DNA of 64,000 bases from Chloroflexota bacterium. GTDB lineage: Bacteria; Chloroflexota; Limnocylindria; Limnocylindrales; CSP1-4. The notes under the pieces were generated by a model. The model saw nothing but the letters and a program-made list of their open reading frames with translations. It searched no databases and was not told the DNA's origin. The stretch is taken from contig JAICUI010000003.1 of assembly GCA_025935925.1 (NCBI GenBank), forward strand, positions 13,018-77,017, written 5' to 3'. Below are positions 36,839-46,734 of this stretch, piece after piece (within the stretch, counting starts at the first letter, position 1; every line of letters begins with the position of its first letter). Position numbers and translations under genes: made by a program.

Positions 36839-38757
36839 CCCGATTCGCTCCCGTTGCCCCCCGCCTGGCGCCTCTCGAGGTACTCCGGGATCCGGATCAT
36901 CGGCGGCCGCTCGTGGTCGGCGAGCTCCATGACCTCCAGCGACAGCCGGCCGCGCCCCGAGCGGGGCAGCTTCATCGTCGAGCCGAGCTCGGCGAACAGC
37001 CGGACCCGACGCCGCTCCTCGAGCCGCTTCATCACGGCCTGGAGGATCACGAACGACATGCGCGACAGCCCCTCGAGCTCCTGGTTGCGGTGAACCCGCC
37101 GCTCGAGGTCGACCTGGCCGAGGCCGCCCATGCCGACGCGCTCCGCCGCGTCGATCAGGTGCCCGATCTCGACCGCGTAGCCGGTGAAGAACGGCATCTG
37201 CTCGAGCAGCGCCCGACGGCCCGCGTACTCGCCGGCCAGCGGCTGGATCAGCCCCGAGAGCTCCGGGAAGAACAGGTTGATGAGCGGCCTCGCGACGAGC
37301 TCCGTCACGCGGCCGCCGCCGCCCTCCTTGAGCACGCCGCCCTCGACGATCGGGCGCTGGTAGTAGCCCTTCACGTACTGCAGCCGCGGCTCGACCAGCA
37401 GCGGCCCGAGCGTCCCGTAGACCATCCGGTGGTGCCAGTTGCGGACGTCGGTGTCCGCCCACACGACGATGTCGCCGGACGTCTCGTACAGCGACTTCCA
37501 GAGCGCCTCGCCCTTGCCCCGGAACGAGCCGTAGCGCGACAGGACCTCGGGGTGCTGCACGACGCGGGCGCCCTCGGCCTCGGCGATGTCGCGAGTGTCA
37601 TCGTCCGACGCCGAGTCGATGACCAGGATCTCGTCGAGGATCCGGTAGCGCTCCTGCATCTCGCGGATCGCGCGGCGCACGATCGGCCCGATCGTCTCGG
37701 CCTCGTTGAGCGTCGGCAGGACGAGGCTGACGGAGAGGCCCTGCTTCTCCTTGAGCGCGGCGAGCCGGCCGAGGTCCGCGAACTCCGAGTGGTGGAAGTT
37801 GGCCTCGGCGAACCAGCGCTCGACGCGGGCGGGGATCGCGCGCGACTCCTCGGCCGCACGATCGGCGGCGACGAGCGTCTCGGCCTTCTGGGCCAGCTGC
37901 TCGAACGTCTGCCTGCCGATCGCCTCGCGCGTCTTGACGACGATGACCGTCGGACGGGCGCGCTGGGCGATCGCCTCCGGCAGGGCCCCGAACAGCGCGC
38001 CGCCGGGCTCGCCGGGCGGGGCCGAGGCGCCCATCACGACGAGGTCCGCGTGGTCCGCCTCGCGCAGGATCGCCGACCTCACGTTGGCCGCCTCGCGCAG
38101 CAGCGGCTCGGCGTGCGCCGTGACGTATTGGCGGCTGAGCGCCACGAGGGCCCGCTCGGCCTGGGCGCGGACCGCCTCCGTCACCCCGGCCGGCACGAGG
38201 TGCATGACCACGACGGTCGCGCCGTGGCGGTTCGCGAGGGCATCCGCGAGGCGCAGGGCGAGCTCGGCGTGCGGCCCGCCGCGCACCGGGACGAGGATCC
38301 GGCGGATCTGGCGTGCGCCGCGCTGCTTCACGACGGCGATGTCGCACGGCGCCTCGCGCACGACCTCGTCGATGGTCGGGCTGATGACGGGGCCGGAGCC
38401 CGGCTCGCGGCGCGGGCCCGACTTGCCGCCCCAGCCGAAGATCATGAGGTCGGCGTCCTGCTCTGCGGCCGCCTCGACGATCCCCGCCGCCGCATGACGC
38501 GCGATCCGGACGAGCGGGTGGATGACCGTCCCCTCCGGGACGTAGTCCAGCACCTTCTGCAGGAGGCGCCGCGCCTGGCGCGCCCGCGTCGCGCCCTCGG
38601 ACAGCGGCACGCCTTCGGGCACCTCGACGATCCCGAGCGCCGTGAGCTCGCCCGTCCGCGGCTCCATGAGCGACGCGCCGACGCGGATCAGCTCCTCGGC
38701 CGTCAGCGGGTTCGCGACCGGGATGAGGATCCGTGCGGGCAGCGGCTCCAGGGTCAC
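36835..38757 (-). CDS. gpgS: Fusion of two universal stress protein domains with glucosyl-3-phosphoglycerate synthase
   Basis: USP1 RILIPVAN..DLMIFGWGG..APCDIAVVK; USP2 RILVPVRGGPH..DLVVMGAS; GT81 LPTLNE, GKGEALW, ADTD, GGRVTELVARP, QPLAGEYAG, HRNQ. Confidence 0.88.
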   Translation of the reverse strand: MTLEPLPARILIPVANPLTAEELIRVGASLMEPRTGELTALGIVEVPEGVPLSEGATRARQARRLLQKVLDYVPEGTVIHPLVRIARHAAAGIVEAAAEQDADLMIFGWGGKSGPRREPGSGPVISPTIDEVVREAPCDIAVVKQRGARQIRRILVPVRGGPHAELALRLADALANRHGATVVVMHLVPAGVTEAVRAQAERALVALSRQYVTAHAEPLLREAANVRSAILREADHADLVVMGASAPPGEPGGALFGALPEAIAQRARPTVIVVKTREAIGRQTFEQLAQKAETLVAADRAAEESRAIPARVERWFAEANFHHSEFADLGRLAALKEKQGLSVSLVLPTLNEAETIGPIVRRAIREMQERYRILDEILVIDSASDDDTRDIAEAEGARVVQHPEVLSRYGSFRGKGEALWKSLYETSGDIVVWADTDVRNWHHRMVYGTLGPLLVEPRLQYVKGYYQRPIVEGGVLKEGGGGRVTELVARPLINLFFPELSGLIQPLAGEYAGRRALLEQMPFFTGYAVEIGHLIDAAERVGMGGLGQVDLERRVHRNQELEGLSRMSFVILQAVMKRLEERRRVRLFAELGSTMKLPRSGRGRLSLEVMELADHERPPMIRIPEYLERRQAGGNGSESG

Positions 38758-40148
38758 GCGGGACTCTCTGCCGCCGCCGCGTCCATCGCCAGCCAGCGGT
38801 CCACGAGGTACGGCTTCAGCAGCTCGAAGTGCCGCGCCTGGCGCTCCACGCGCTCCTCGGCGTCGGCGGTGGTGAGGTGGCGGTTCTCGATCACGAAGCT
38901 GCCGACCCGGCCGAAGTAGATCGGCACCAGCGACGCCACGAGCCGCCCGGTCTCGATGTCCCCGCGCCGGACCGCGAGCACGAGGTCGTACACGACCCGC
39001 GCCCACAGCTCGTCCGGGAAATGGAACGTGCTGAGGGCCTCGGCCATCTCCAGCGTCGTCGCCCGGCTGCCGTCGTTCTCGCCGCCGATGCCGAGCCGTC
39101 GCGAGGCGTCGTCCGCGAGCCGGCCCGCTTCCTCGGCGAGCGCGAGCACCGCGTCGGCGTTCGCGGGATCGAGCGCGCGGCGCCACGTGTCCGCGAGGGT
39201 CAGCGAGCCCGCGTGGAACTCCGACAGCAGCCGGATCGCGTTCACCTCGAGCGGCGGCGGGTCGATGATCCGCTCGAAGCCGTACGCCGGCACGTCGTGC
39301 GAGCCGCGGACGCCGAGCCAGGCGTCGGGATGCTGCGCCGCGAGGCTGAGGATCGTGCTGACGACCTGGCGGAACATGGGCCCGAGGTCCGCGCCGGGAT
39401 CCTTGGGGTCATGGACCTTTGCGCCAAGCCGCGTCTGGCACACCGCGAACCCGCCGGTCAGCGCCGAGGTCGTCATCCAGATGTCGATGCCGAACTTGCT
39501 GATCTCGGGCGTCCAGTCGTCGAGCGACAGGTAGTGGCGCACGAGGTCGCCCGACACGCCGAAGTCGCCGCCGATCGGCTGCCGGATCCGGTGGCCGTAG
39601 AGCGCCCGGGTCAGCGGGTAGGTGACCGTGTTCGTGATCGTCCCGTCGTACTTGTAGCGCGAGTAGAGCGGGGCCGTGAAGTCGTAGCCGCCCTTGAGGA
39701 TCGGCCCGGCGAGCAGCTCGATCCACTCCGGCACGATCGACCGCAGGTCGCTGTCGACGACGACCAGCGCCTGGACCTCGAGGGCCGCGGCGATCTCGAA
39801 GATCGTCCGCAGCGCCGCGCCCTTGCCGCCGACCCCGTCGATCTCGGGATAGGTGAGCGTGACGCGGTCGAGCTTGTTGGTCGGCCGGACGAGGAGGATC
39901 GACTCGACGTAGTCGGGCGGCTCGGTCTCGATGACGACGCGCTGGGTGCCGTCGGGCGACCCGGCGTCCGAGTTGACGAGCACGGGCTTGAGGTCCGGGA
40001 AGTACTGGACCAGGCCGGCGTGCGCCGCGCGGACGACGTAGCCGATCGTCGCGGCGTTCTTGAAGCTCGGGATGCCGACCATGATGTCGGCGCGGCCGAG
40101 GCGGGCGATCTCGTCCCGGATCGCGGGCGTCAGGGTCGTCGCTGGCAC
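38754..40148 (-). CDS. GT-A glycosyltransferase of the Ggs/Mgs type (single-step glucosyl- or mannosyl-glycerate synthase-like)
   Basis: VGIPSFKNAATI; NSDAGSPDGT; GKGAAL; VDSD; YDGTITN...YPLTRALYG.RIRQPIGGDFG; FGIDIWMT; KVHDPKDP. Confidence 0.8.
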   Translation of the reverse strand: MPATTLTPAIRDEIARLGRADIMVGIPSFKNAATIGYVVRAAHAGLVQYFPDLKPVLVNSDAGSPDGTQRVVIETEPPDYVESILLVRPTNKLDRVTLTYPEIDGVGGKGAALRTIFEIAAALEVQALVVVDSDLRSIVPEWIELLAGPILKGGYDFTAPLYSRYKYDGTITNTVTYPLTRALYGHRIRQPIGGDFGVSGDLVRHYLSLDDWTPEISKFGIDIWMTTSALTGGFAVCQTRLGAKVHDPKDPGADLGPMFRQVVSTILSLAAQHPDAWLGVRGSHDVPAYGFERIIDPPPLEVNAIRLLSEFHAGSLTLADTWRRALDPANADAVLALAEEAGRLADDASRRLGIGGENDGSRATTLEMAEALSTFHFPDELWARVVYDLVLAVRRGDIETGRLVASLVPIYFGRVGSFVIENRHLTTADAEERVERQARHFELLKPYLVDRWLAMDAAAAESPA

Positions 40149-40173
40149 GGGCCCACCGTACCACCCGGGGCGG

Positions 40174-40941
40174 TCAGCGGAGGGGGGCGGCTCCGGTCGA
40201 CCGCCCGCCTGGTCCGTCGGGCGGACGCGTCACGGCGTGGTCGGAGTTCTCGCGGCCGGCGGTGTAGCCGCTGTTCGCGCCGCGATAGTGGAGCTCGCGG
40301 AAGCCGAGGTTGCCCCACGTCACGAGCGTGAGCTGCGCCGATGCCCGGACGTAGGGCGAGATGCGCACGAGGAACGACGGCTCGAGGACGGCCTCGAGCA
40401 GCCGCTTCCGCTCCAGCAGCGGGACGTCGTCGAGCGGGACGTCGTCCAGCCACAGCAGGTCGGTCGCGACGAACGCGTGGCGCTCGCCGTGCTCCAGCGC
40501 ATCGAGGACCGCCGGCTCCATCGTCTGGACGCGGCTCTCATGGTCGCGCGCCCGGACGTACGGGTCGTCCTCGACGTTCGGGCGGACGAAGCGCGGCACG
40601 AGGATCGGCGGCCGCTCGACCTGGACCGACGGCGCGGCCGCCCCCTCGCCGCTCCGCAGCGCCTGGGTCGTGAGGCAGCCCTCGACGAGCGCGCCCGTGG
40701 CGCTGAACCCGTCGAGCAGGGCCTGGAGCAGGTCGCCCGGGACGTCCACGCGCTGGCCCTCGTGGACGAGCGCCGCCCGCGTCGGCGTGAGCGCTGCGAC
40801 GACGCGCGCGCCGGCCCAGTCGGGCTCGACCAGCGCGTCGGCGATCTCGCGCACCGGCCGCCGGCCGGGCCGCTGCGGCCGCCATGCCGCGGCCAGCTCC
40901 AGGAGCGCCTCGTGATCGTCCACGGCGCGGATCGTAACCAA
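40174..40941 (-). CDS. Degenerate ATP-dependent DNA-ligase adenylation-domain homologue (probable pseudoenzyme)
   Basis: EPDWAG for E.KxDG; ATDLLWLDDVPLDDVPLLERKRLLE; RELHYR for EGxxxK; SGYTAGR. TTG start uncertain. Confidence 0.7.
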   Translation of the reverse strand: MVTIRAVDDHEALLELAAAWRPQRPGRRPVREIADALVEPDWAGARVVAALTPTRAALVHEGQRVDVPGDLLQALLDGFSATGALVEGCLTTQALRSGEGAAAPSVQVERPPILVPRFVRPNVEDDPYVRARDHESRVQTMEPAVLDALEHGERHAFVATDLLWLDDVPLDDVPLLERKRLLEAVLEPSFLVRISPYVRASAQLTLVTWGNLGFRELHYRGANSGYTAGRENSDHAVTRPPDGPGGRSTGAAPLR

Positions 40942-40995
40942 GCGCCCCTATGATCGTCATCGGGGAGGAGCCACCAGCCGCCGCTCGAGGTTCCA

Positions 40996-42390
40996 TTGCA
41001 GGCGACCGTCACGTCGGCGATCGACGCCCCGGACCCCCACAACCTGCGACGGTCGTCGCGCCTCTCGTGGACGCTGTACGACTTCGCGAACACGATCTTC
41101 TCGTACGCGATCGTGTCCGGCGCGATGGGCCAATGGCTCGTCGACCCGGCGCGCTTCGGCGAGGCGAACGGCCAGCTGGTGTTCAGCATCGCCGTCGCAT
41201 TGAGCGTCGGGCTCAACGCGATCGTGTCCCCGATCCTCGGCGCGCTCTCGGACCGTGGTGGCCGGCGCCTGCCGTTCCTGCTCGCCTTCACGGCGCTGTG
41301 CATCGCGCCGACCGCCGTCATCGGGCTCTCGGGGCCGCTTCTCGGCACGCTCCTGTTCATCGTCGCGAACTTCGCCTACCAGGCGGCGCTCATCTACTAC
41401 GACGCCTCCATCAAGCTCGTCAGCACGCCCGACGGCCGCGGCCGGCTCTCGGGTCTCGGGACGGGAATCGGGTACTGCGGCACCGTGTTCGTGGCGCTGC
41501 TGATCCAGTTCGGCAGGATCCCGGTCGAGGCGCGGTTCCCGCTCTCGGCCCTGCTGTTCGCGTTGTTCGCGATCCCGCTGTTCGTCGTGCTCCGCGAGCC
41601 TGCGCCGGTGTCCGCCGAGCGGATCACCGCCCGCGACTTCCTCGCGTCCTGGTCCCAGCTCCGGACGACGTGGCGCCACGCCGGCGACGTCCCTGGCCTG
41701 CGGCGGTTCCTCGTCGGCCGGTTCTTCTACTCCGACGCGGTCAACACGGTGATCGTCGTGATGACGGTCGTCGCGACCCAGGCCGTCGGGTTCGACACCT
41801 TCCAGGCGAACCTGATCCTGCTCGCGTTGACGCTCGTGGCGATCGGGATGTCGTTCGCGTGGGGCTGGATGTGCGACCGCGTCGGGCCGCGCCGGACGCT
41901 GCTCACGGTGCTCGGCAGCTGGGCGGTCGGGCTCGTCGTCGGGGCGGTCTCGCTGTCGCTCAACGGGACGGGACCCGACGGGCGGCCGGTGCCCGAGCCG
42001 ACCGGCGTGCTGCTGTTCATCCTCGCCGGCGCGATCCTCGGCAGCGGGCTCGGCGGCGTCCAGGTGTCGGACCGCGTGTTCATGATCCGGCTCTCGCCGC
42101 CGGCGCGCGTCGGCGAGTTCTTCGGCGTGTACGGGCTCGTGGGCAAGGCGTCCCAGGTCGTCGGGCAGGTGCTCTACGGCGCGATCATCTTCCTGCTGGT
42201 GGACTCGCTCGGGACCGCGGCGTACCAGGTGGCGATCCTGAGCCTGATCGTGACGATGCTCGTCGGGCTGTGGCTCGTGTGGCCGGTCAGCGACCGCTGG
42301 GAGGGCTCGGGCGAGCTCCTCGACGCGCGCGCGCACGAGCCGCCGCCGCGGCTGTCGCCGGATCGGGCGCCGCTCGACGAGCGGCCGTGA
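40996..42390 (+). CDS. MFS transporter (UMF1/ATG22-like)
   Basis: SWTLYDFANTIFS; LGALSDRGGRR; GRLSGLGTGIGYCG; EFFGVYGLVGK. Confidence 0.9.
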   Translation: MQATVTSAIDAPDPHNLRRSSRLSWTLYDFANTIFSYAIVSGAMGQWLVDPARFGEANGQLVFSIAVALSVGLNAIVSPILGALSDRGGRRLPFLLAFTALCIAPTAVIGLSGPLLGTLLFIVANFAYQAALIYYDASIKLVSTPDGRGRLSGLGTGIGYCGTVFVALLIQFGRIPVEARFPLSALLFALFAIPLFVVLREPAPVSAERITARDFLASWSQLRTTWRHAGDVPGLRRFLVGRFFYSDAVNTVIVVMTVVATQAVGFDTFQANLILLALTLVAIGMSFAWGWMCDRVGPRRTLLTVLGSWAVGLVVGAVSLSLNGTGPDGRPVPEPTGVLLFILAGAILGSGLGGVQVSDRVFMIRLSPPARVGEFFGVYGLVGKASQVVGQVLYGAIIFLLVDSLGTAAYQVAILSLIVTMLVGLWLVWPVSDRWEGSGELLDARAHEPPPRLSPDRAPLDERP

Positions 42391-42408
42391 GCCGACGGCT
42401 CTCCCCGA

Positions 42409-42999
42409 TCAGGGCTGCGATGCCGGCGCGTCCACGAGCGACAGGGCGGTGATCGGCCAGTAGCGAAGCACGGCGCGCCCGATGACGGACGCCACGGGGA
42501 CCGGCCCGAAGACCCGGCTGTCGGCCGACACCTCGCGGTGGTCGCCCATCACGAACAGGTCGCCGGCCGGCACGACCCAGTGCGACGTGCCGCTTGCCTC
42601 GGTCGGCTGCTCCGCGCCGTCCTCGTCGCGGAACGTGTACGGCTCGTCCAGCTCCCTGCCGTCGACATACACCGCGCCGTCGCGCAGGTCGACGGTATCG
42701 CCGCCGACCGCGATGACACGCTTGATGAGCGCCTCGTCACGCCCGGTGAGGTCGGGGGCACGGAACACGACGACCTGCCCCGGAACGTAGGGGCTCCAGA
42801 GGTGCGAGAGACGGTCGACGAGCACGTACTGGCCCTCGCTGAAGGTCCGCTCCATCGAGTGCTGCTCGACCTCGAATGGCTGCGCGACGAAGGACTGGAT
42901 CACGAAGAAGATCACGAGCGTCAGGGCGACGGTCTCGACGACCTCGATCGCCCAGCGCGGGACGCGCGGACGCGTGGCGACGGTGGCGGGCTGGTCCAT
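42409..42999 (-). CDS. lepB: Signal peptidase I
   Basis: TM anchor; SME.T (Ser); IKRVIA (Lys); FVMGDHR..S.DSR.FG. Confidence 0.93.
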   Translation of the reverse strand: MDQPATVATRPRVPRWAIEVVETVALTLVIFFVIQSFVAQPFEVEQHSMERTFSEGQYVLVDRLSHLWSPYVPGQVVVFRAPDLTGRDEALIKRVIAVGGDTVDLRDGAVYVDGRELDEPYTFRDEDGAEQPTEASGTSHWVVPAGDLFVMGDHREVSADSRVFGPVPVASVIGRAVLRYWPITALSLVDAPASQP

Positions 43000-43005
43000 C
43001 GGCGG

Positions 43006-43995
43006 TCAGTCGCCGTAGCCGTCGGGATGCGCACGTCGCCACGCCCAGGCGGATCCGATCATCGACTCGAGCGTCGAGCGGCGCGGCGACCATCCGAGCA
43101 CGTCCCGGGCGCGGGCGTTCGACGCGACGAGCACCGGCGGGTCGCCCTCGCGCCGCGGACCGACCGTGAACGGCACGGGCCGGCCGACGACCGCCTCGGC
43201 CGTCGCGAGGACGTCGCGCACCGAGAAGCCGGTCGAGGTCCCGAGGTTGCACACCAGGCTCGGCGCCGGCCCGGCTCCGTCGCCGGTCAGCTCGAGGGCC
43301 GCGAGGTGGGCGTCGGCGAGGTCCTCGACGTGGATGTAGTCACGGATCGGCGTCCCGTCCGGCGTGGGGTAGTCGTCGCCGAAGAGCGTGAGCGCCGGAC
43401 CGCCCTCGACCGCCGCGAGGACGTTCGGGATGAGGTGCGTCTCCGGGCGGTGCACCTCGCCCAGCCGCTCGCTGGCGCCCGCGACGTTGAAGTAGCGCAG
43501 GACGACGCTCCGGAGGCCGTACGCGGCCCCGTACCAGCGGAGCGCGCCCTCGAACGTGCGCTTCGTCTCGCCGTACGTGTTGATCGGGCGGAGGGGCGCA
43601 TCCTCGCCGATCGGCGTCGTGTCCGGGACGCCGTACACCGCCGCGGTCGACGAGAAGACGATGCGCCCGACGCCGGCCGTCCGCGCCGCCTCGAGCAGCG
43701 CGACGCCGCCCGCGACGTTGTCGCGGTAGTACTTCGCCGGGTCCTGGACGCTCTCGCCGACGAGCGACCGCGCGGCGCAGTGGAGGATCGCCTCGATCCG
43801 CTCCGAGGTCAGCAGCTCGCGCACGAACGGCTCGTCGCCGTACGAGCCCTGCACGAGCCGGGAGGCCGGCGCGACGGCGGCCGCGTGACCCGTCGTGAGG
43901 TCGTCGAGCACGACCACCTCGTGGCCCGCGGCGACGATCGCGTCGACGGACACGCTGCCGACATACCCGGCGCCGCCGGTGACCATGACCTTCAA
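43006..43995 (-). CDS. galE: UDP-glucose 4-epimerase
   Basis: TTG start after GGAGG; TGGAGYVGS; FSSTAAVYG; YGETK; LRYFNVAGA; DGTPIRDYIHV.DLA. Confidence 0.95.
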   Translation of the reverse strand: MKVMVTGGAGYVGSVSVDAIVAAGHEVVVLDDLTTGHAAAVAPASRLVQGSYGDEPFVRELLTSERIEAILHCAARSLVGESVQDPAKYYRDNVAGGVALLEAARTAGVGRIVFSSTAAVYGVPDTTPIGEDAPLRPINTYGETKRTFEGALRWYGAAYGLRSVVLRYFNVAGASERLGEVHRPETHLIPNVLAAVEGGPALTLFGDDYPTPDGTPIRDYIHVEDLADAHLAALELTGDGAGPAPSLVCNLGTSTGFSVRDVLATAEAVVGRPVPFTVGPRREGDPPVLVASNARARDVLGWSPRRSTLESMIGSAWAWRRAHPDGYGD

Positions 43996-44459
43996 GCGCG
44001 GTTCCTCCGGAGCAGGCGATCGACGAGGCTGCGCGATGCGGCGGGAGCCGAGGCGGGCTGCGGCGGCGCGCCCGGTGCCGCCGCCGGTCCATGGCTCGCT
44101 TCTCGCGACGGTGCTTGCACGCCTCCTTGTCCGGGGTCGTGCGTCGGACCCGGCGCCGGCGCCGGCCGAGGCGGCTCCCCGGCGAGGGCCTCGATGGACT
44201 CCCCACGGTACGCGTACACCTCTTCGAGCCGCTGCGCCAGCCGTTGCGCGGCCACGTTCTCGGGATCGATGCCCAGCGCCCGCTTCGCCATCCGGTAGGC
44301 GGTCGTCTCGTCGCCGCGCTCGAGCGCCACGCGCGCGAGCCCGACGACCGCGATCGAGTTCCGCGGGTCGGCGTCCGCGGCCTGCCGGTAGAGGCGCTCG
44401 GCCTCGTCGAGCCGCCCGACCGCCAAGGTCCGCTCGGCCTGGAGCAGGATCTCGATCAC
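43992..44459 (-). CDS. Tetratricopeptide-repeat protein
   Basis: AERLYRQAADADPRN...AKRALGIDPEN, TPR spacing; overlaps both neighbours. Confidence 0.8.
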   Translation of the reverse strand: MIEILLQAERTLAVGRLDEAERLYRQAADADPRNSIAVVGLARVALERGDETTAYRMAKRALGIDPENVAAQRLAQRLEEVYAYRGESIEALAGEPPRPAPAPGPTHDPGQGGVQAPSREASHGPAAAPGAPPQPASAPAASRSLVDRLLRRNRA

Positions 44460-45838
44460 GACGCCGTCCCGGACGTATCGCCCGCCATCGCCTGGGCCAC
44501 GAGCAGCAGCGTGGCGCGGTCGTTGAGCGCCGGGTCGTCGATGACCCGCTCCACGAGCGCATCGAGCACGCGCCCGAGCGCCGGCCCCGGCCGCAGCCCG
44601 AGCTCCCGGATGAGATCGTCGCCATCGATCGCGAGCGCGTCACGGTCGAGCGCCGCCTCGGCTGCGACCTCGGCGTCGAGCCGGGTGCGGAAGGCCGCCG
44701 TGCGAGGGTCGTCCGGAGCACGGCCCGACCCGATGTCGTCCGCCCGCCGCAGCGCGAACAGCGCGTCGAGGTGCCGGGCGCCGATGCGCTGGAGGAACCG
44801 GCGCACCGCCGCGTCCGTCAGCTCGGGCTCCGTGCCGAACATGTGGTAGCGCACCAGGTGGGACACGTCCTCGATCACCGGGCGCGGGTAGCGCAGCCGC
44901 CGCAGCAACGCCTCGGCCATCGTCGCGCCCACGACGTCGTGCCGGTGGAAGTGCCCGTCGGCGAGCGTCGACGGCTTGCCGAGATCGTGCAGCAGCGCCG
45001 CGAGCCGCACGACCGGCCGCGACGCCGGCGCCGCGTCCACGCTCCGCAGCGTGTGGTCCCAGAGGTCCTCGCCGGGTGCCTTGTTCTGCGCGACCCCCCG
45101 CTGGGCTTCCAGCTCCGGCGCGATCACGGCGAGGAGCCCCGTGTCCGCCATCAGCCGGAGCCCGATCGACGGCTCGGGCGCCGCCAGGAGCTTGTCCAGC
45201 TCCGCGCCGATGCGCTCGCCGGACAGGTGGGCGACCAGCGGCGCCTCGACGCGGATCGCCGCCAGCGTGGCGGGATCGACCTCGAACCCGAGCACCGCGG
45301 CCAGCCGAACCGCGCGGATCATGCGCAGCGCGTCCTCCCGGAACCTCTTCCGTGGATCGCCCACCGCGCGCAGCACGCGACGGCCGAGATCCGACACGCC
45401 GCCGAACGGATCGACGAGCCGGTTGTCTTCCTCGCCGGCGGCACGGCCCCACGCCATGGCGTTGATCGTGAAGTCGCGCCGGGCGAGGTCCGCCTCGAGG
45501 TCGTCGCCGAACTCCACCCGGTGCGGCCGCCGGTGGTCGGCGTAGTCGTGCTCGAGGCGGAAGGTCGTGACCTCGAATACCGAGCCGTCGCGCCGGACGG
45601 CGACCGTCCCGAACCGGTTCTCGTACACCGCGCCGTGGAACAGCTCGACCAGCCGGTCGGGTCGCGCGTCGGTGGTGAGGTCCCAGTCCGACGGCTGGCG
45701 GTCCAGCAGCGCGTCCCGCAACGACCCGCCCACGACGTACGCCGCGTGGCCGGCCGCGTGCAGCTGGTCCAGCAGGGATCGCACGCGGTCGGGGACCGTC
45801 TCCTCGAGCCGCTCCGCGACGGCGTCCGGCACGGCCAC
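44456..45838 (-). CDS. cca: CCA tRNA nucleotidyltransferase / poly(A) polymerase family with HD domain
   Basis: VVGGSLRD; DWDLTT; RRDFTINAMA; EDALRMIRA; WDHT..LLHDLGK. Confidence 0.88.
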   Translation of the reverse strand: MAVPDAVAERLEETVPDRVRSLLDQLHAAGHAAYVVGGSLRDALLDRQPSDWDLTTDARPDRLVELFHGAVYENRFGTVAVRRDGSVFEVTTFRLEHDYADHRRPHRVEFGDDLEADLARRDFTINAMAWGRAAGEEDNRLVDPFGGVSDLGRRVLRAVGDPRKRFREDALRMIRAVRLAAVLGFEVDPATLAAIRVEAPLVAHLSGERIGAELDKLLAAPEPSIGLRLMADTGLLAVIAPELEAQRGVAQNKAPGEDLWDHTLRSVDAAPASRPVVRLAALLHDLGKPSTLADGHFHRHDVVGATMAEALLRRLRYPRPVIEDVSHLVRYHMFGTEPELTDAAVRRFLQRIGARHLDALFALRRADDIGSGRAPDDPRTAAFRTRLDAEVAAEAALDRDALAIDGDDLIRELGLRPGPALGRVLDALVERVIDDPALNDRATLLLVAQAMAGDTSGTAS

Positions 45839-45846
45839 CGCGCCGC

Positions 45847-46362
45847 TCAGTTTCGGCCGAGGAAGAGGTAGCTGCGCCAGGCCTCGTTGCGCTCGTCGGC
45901 GAGGTACGGCGTGAACAGCGAGTAGATGTCGCTGCGCGGCTCGAACGGCGGACGCGACAGGCGGATGCGCGCCTCCTCGGGTGTTCGGCCGCCCTTGCGG
46001 TGGTTGCACGGCTTGCACGCGGCGACGAGGTTCTCCCACGAGTGCGCGCCGCCGCGGTGGCGAGGCAGGACGTGGTCGAGCGTGAGGTCGTTCGCGACCC
46101 GCCCGCAGTACTGGCAGGTATGCCGGTCGCGCGCGAAGATCTCGCGCCGGGTCAGCTTGACCCGTGGCCGCGGCCGCCGGACCTGGTGCTGGAGGCGGAT
46201 CACCGACGGCGCTCGATAGGCCTCGCGGACGGTGCGGATCGTCGCGTGGTCGTACTCGATGACCTCGGCCTTGGAACCGAACACGAGTCGGAACGCGCGC
46301 GGGATGTTGCACACGTTCAGGGGCTCGTAGTTCTGGTTCAGCACGAGCACCACGCCGTCCAT
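45847..46362 (-). CDS. HNH endonuclease
   Basis: VLVLNQNYEPL; CQYCG; TLDHVLPR.RGG.HSWENLVAACKPCN.RKG. Confidence 0.92.
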   Translation of the reverse strand: MDGVVLVLNQNYEPLNVCNIPRAFRLVFGSKAEVIEYDHATIRTVREAYRAPSVIRLQHQVRRPRPRVKLTRREIFARDRHTCQYCGRVANDLTLDHVLPRHRGGAHSWENLVAACKPCNHRKGGRTPEEARIRLSRPPFEPRSDIYSLFTPYLADERNEAWRSYLFLGRN

Positions 46363-46468
46363 CGGCCGCACGCTAGCACGGCCGTCGGTCGGGCCCGGAA
46401 GGGGACCGGCGGTCGATGCGGTCGTGGGAAACGCGTGGGTCTCGGTCTCGGGGCTCCTTTCGCCGCGC

Positions 46469-46687
46469 CTAGACCCGCGGCGGGTCCATCGCCCGCTCGA
46501 TACGGGCGATCTCGACCTCGATCCGGCCCACCTCGGCCTGCGCCAGCGCCCACTCGTGGCTGCCGAGCGGCGCGGCGTTCCGGCGGCGCCGTGCCTCGGC
46601 GTGCCGGGCGAGGAGCGAGTCGCGCGTGAGCGCCGGGAGTGAATCCGCGGCGGACGAGGTGCTCGGGGTGTCGGTCTGCTGGGCCAT
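46469..46687 (-). CDS. Small hypothetical helical protein
   Basis: C-terminal 72 aa of track ORF 46469..48004 (MAQQTD...MDPPRV); fills the gap between genes. Confidence 0.55.
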   Translation of the reverse strand: MAQQTDTPSTSSAADSLPALTRDSLLARHAEARRRRNAAPLGSHEWALAQAEVGRIEVEIARIERAMDPPRV

Positions 46688-46734
46688 CGGCCGAAATGTA
46701 GCGCGCCTTGGCGGCAGGCGTCTGCGCGGGATTC

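Noticed and set aside
45847-46362. HNH endonuclease as a mobile element or defence gene
   Set aside because: It is a stand-alone HNH of the common chromosomal type, in an operon with cca, TPR and galE, with no integrase, repeats or compositional shift.
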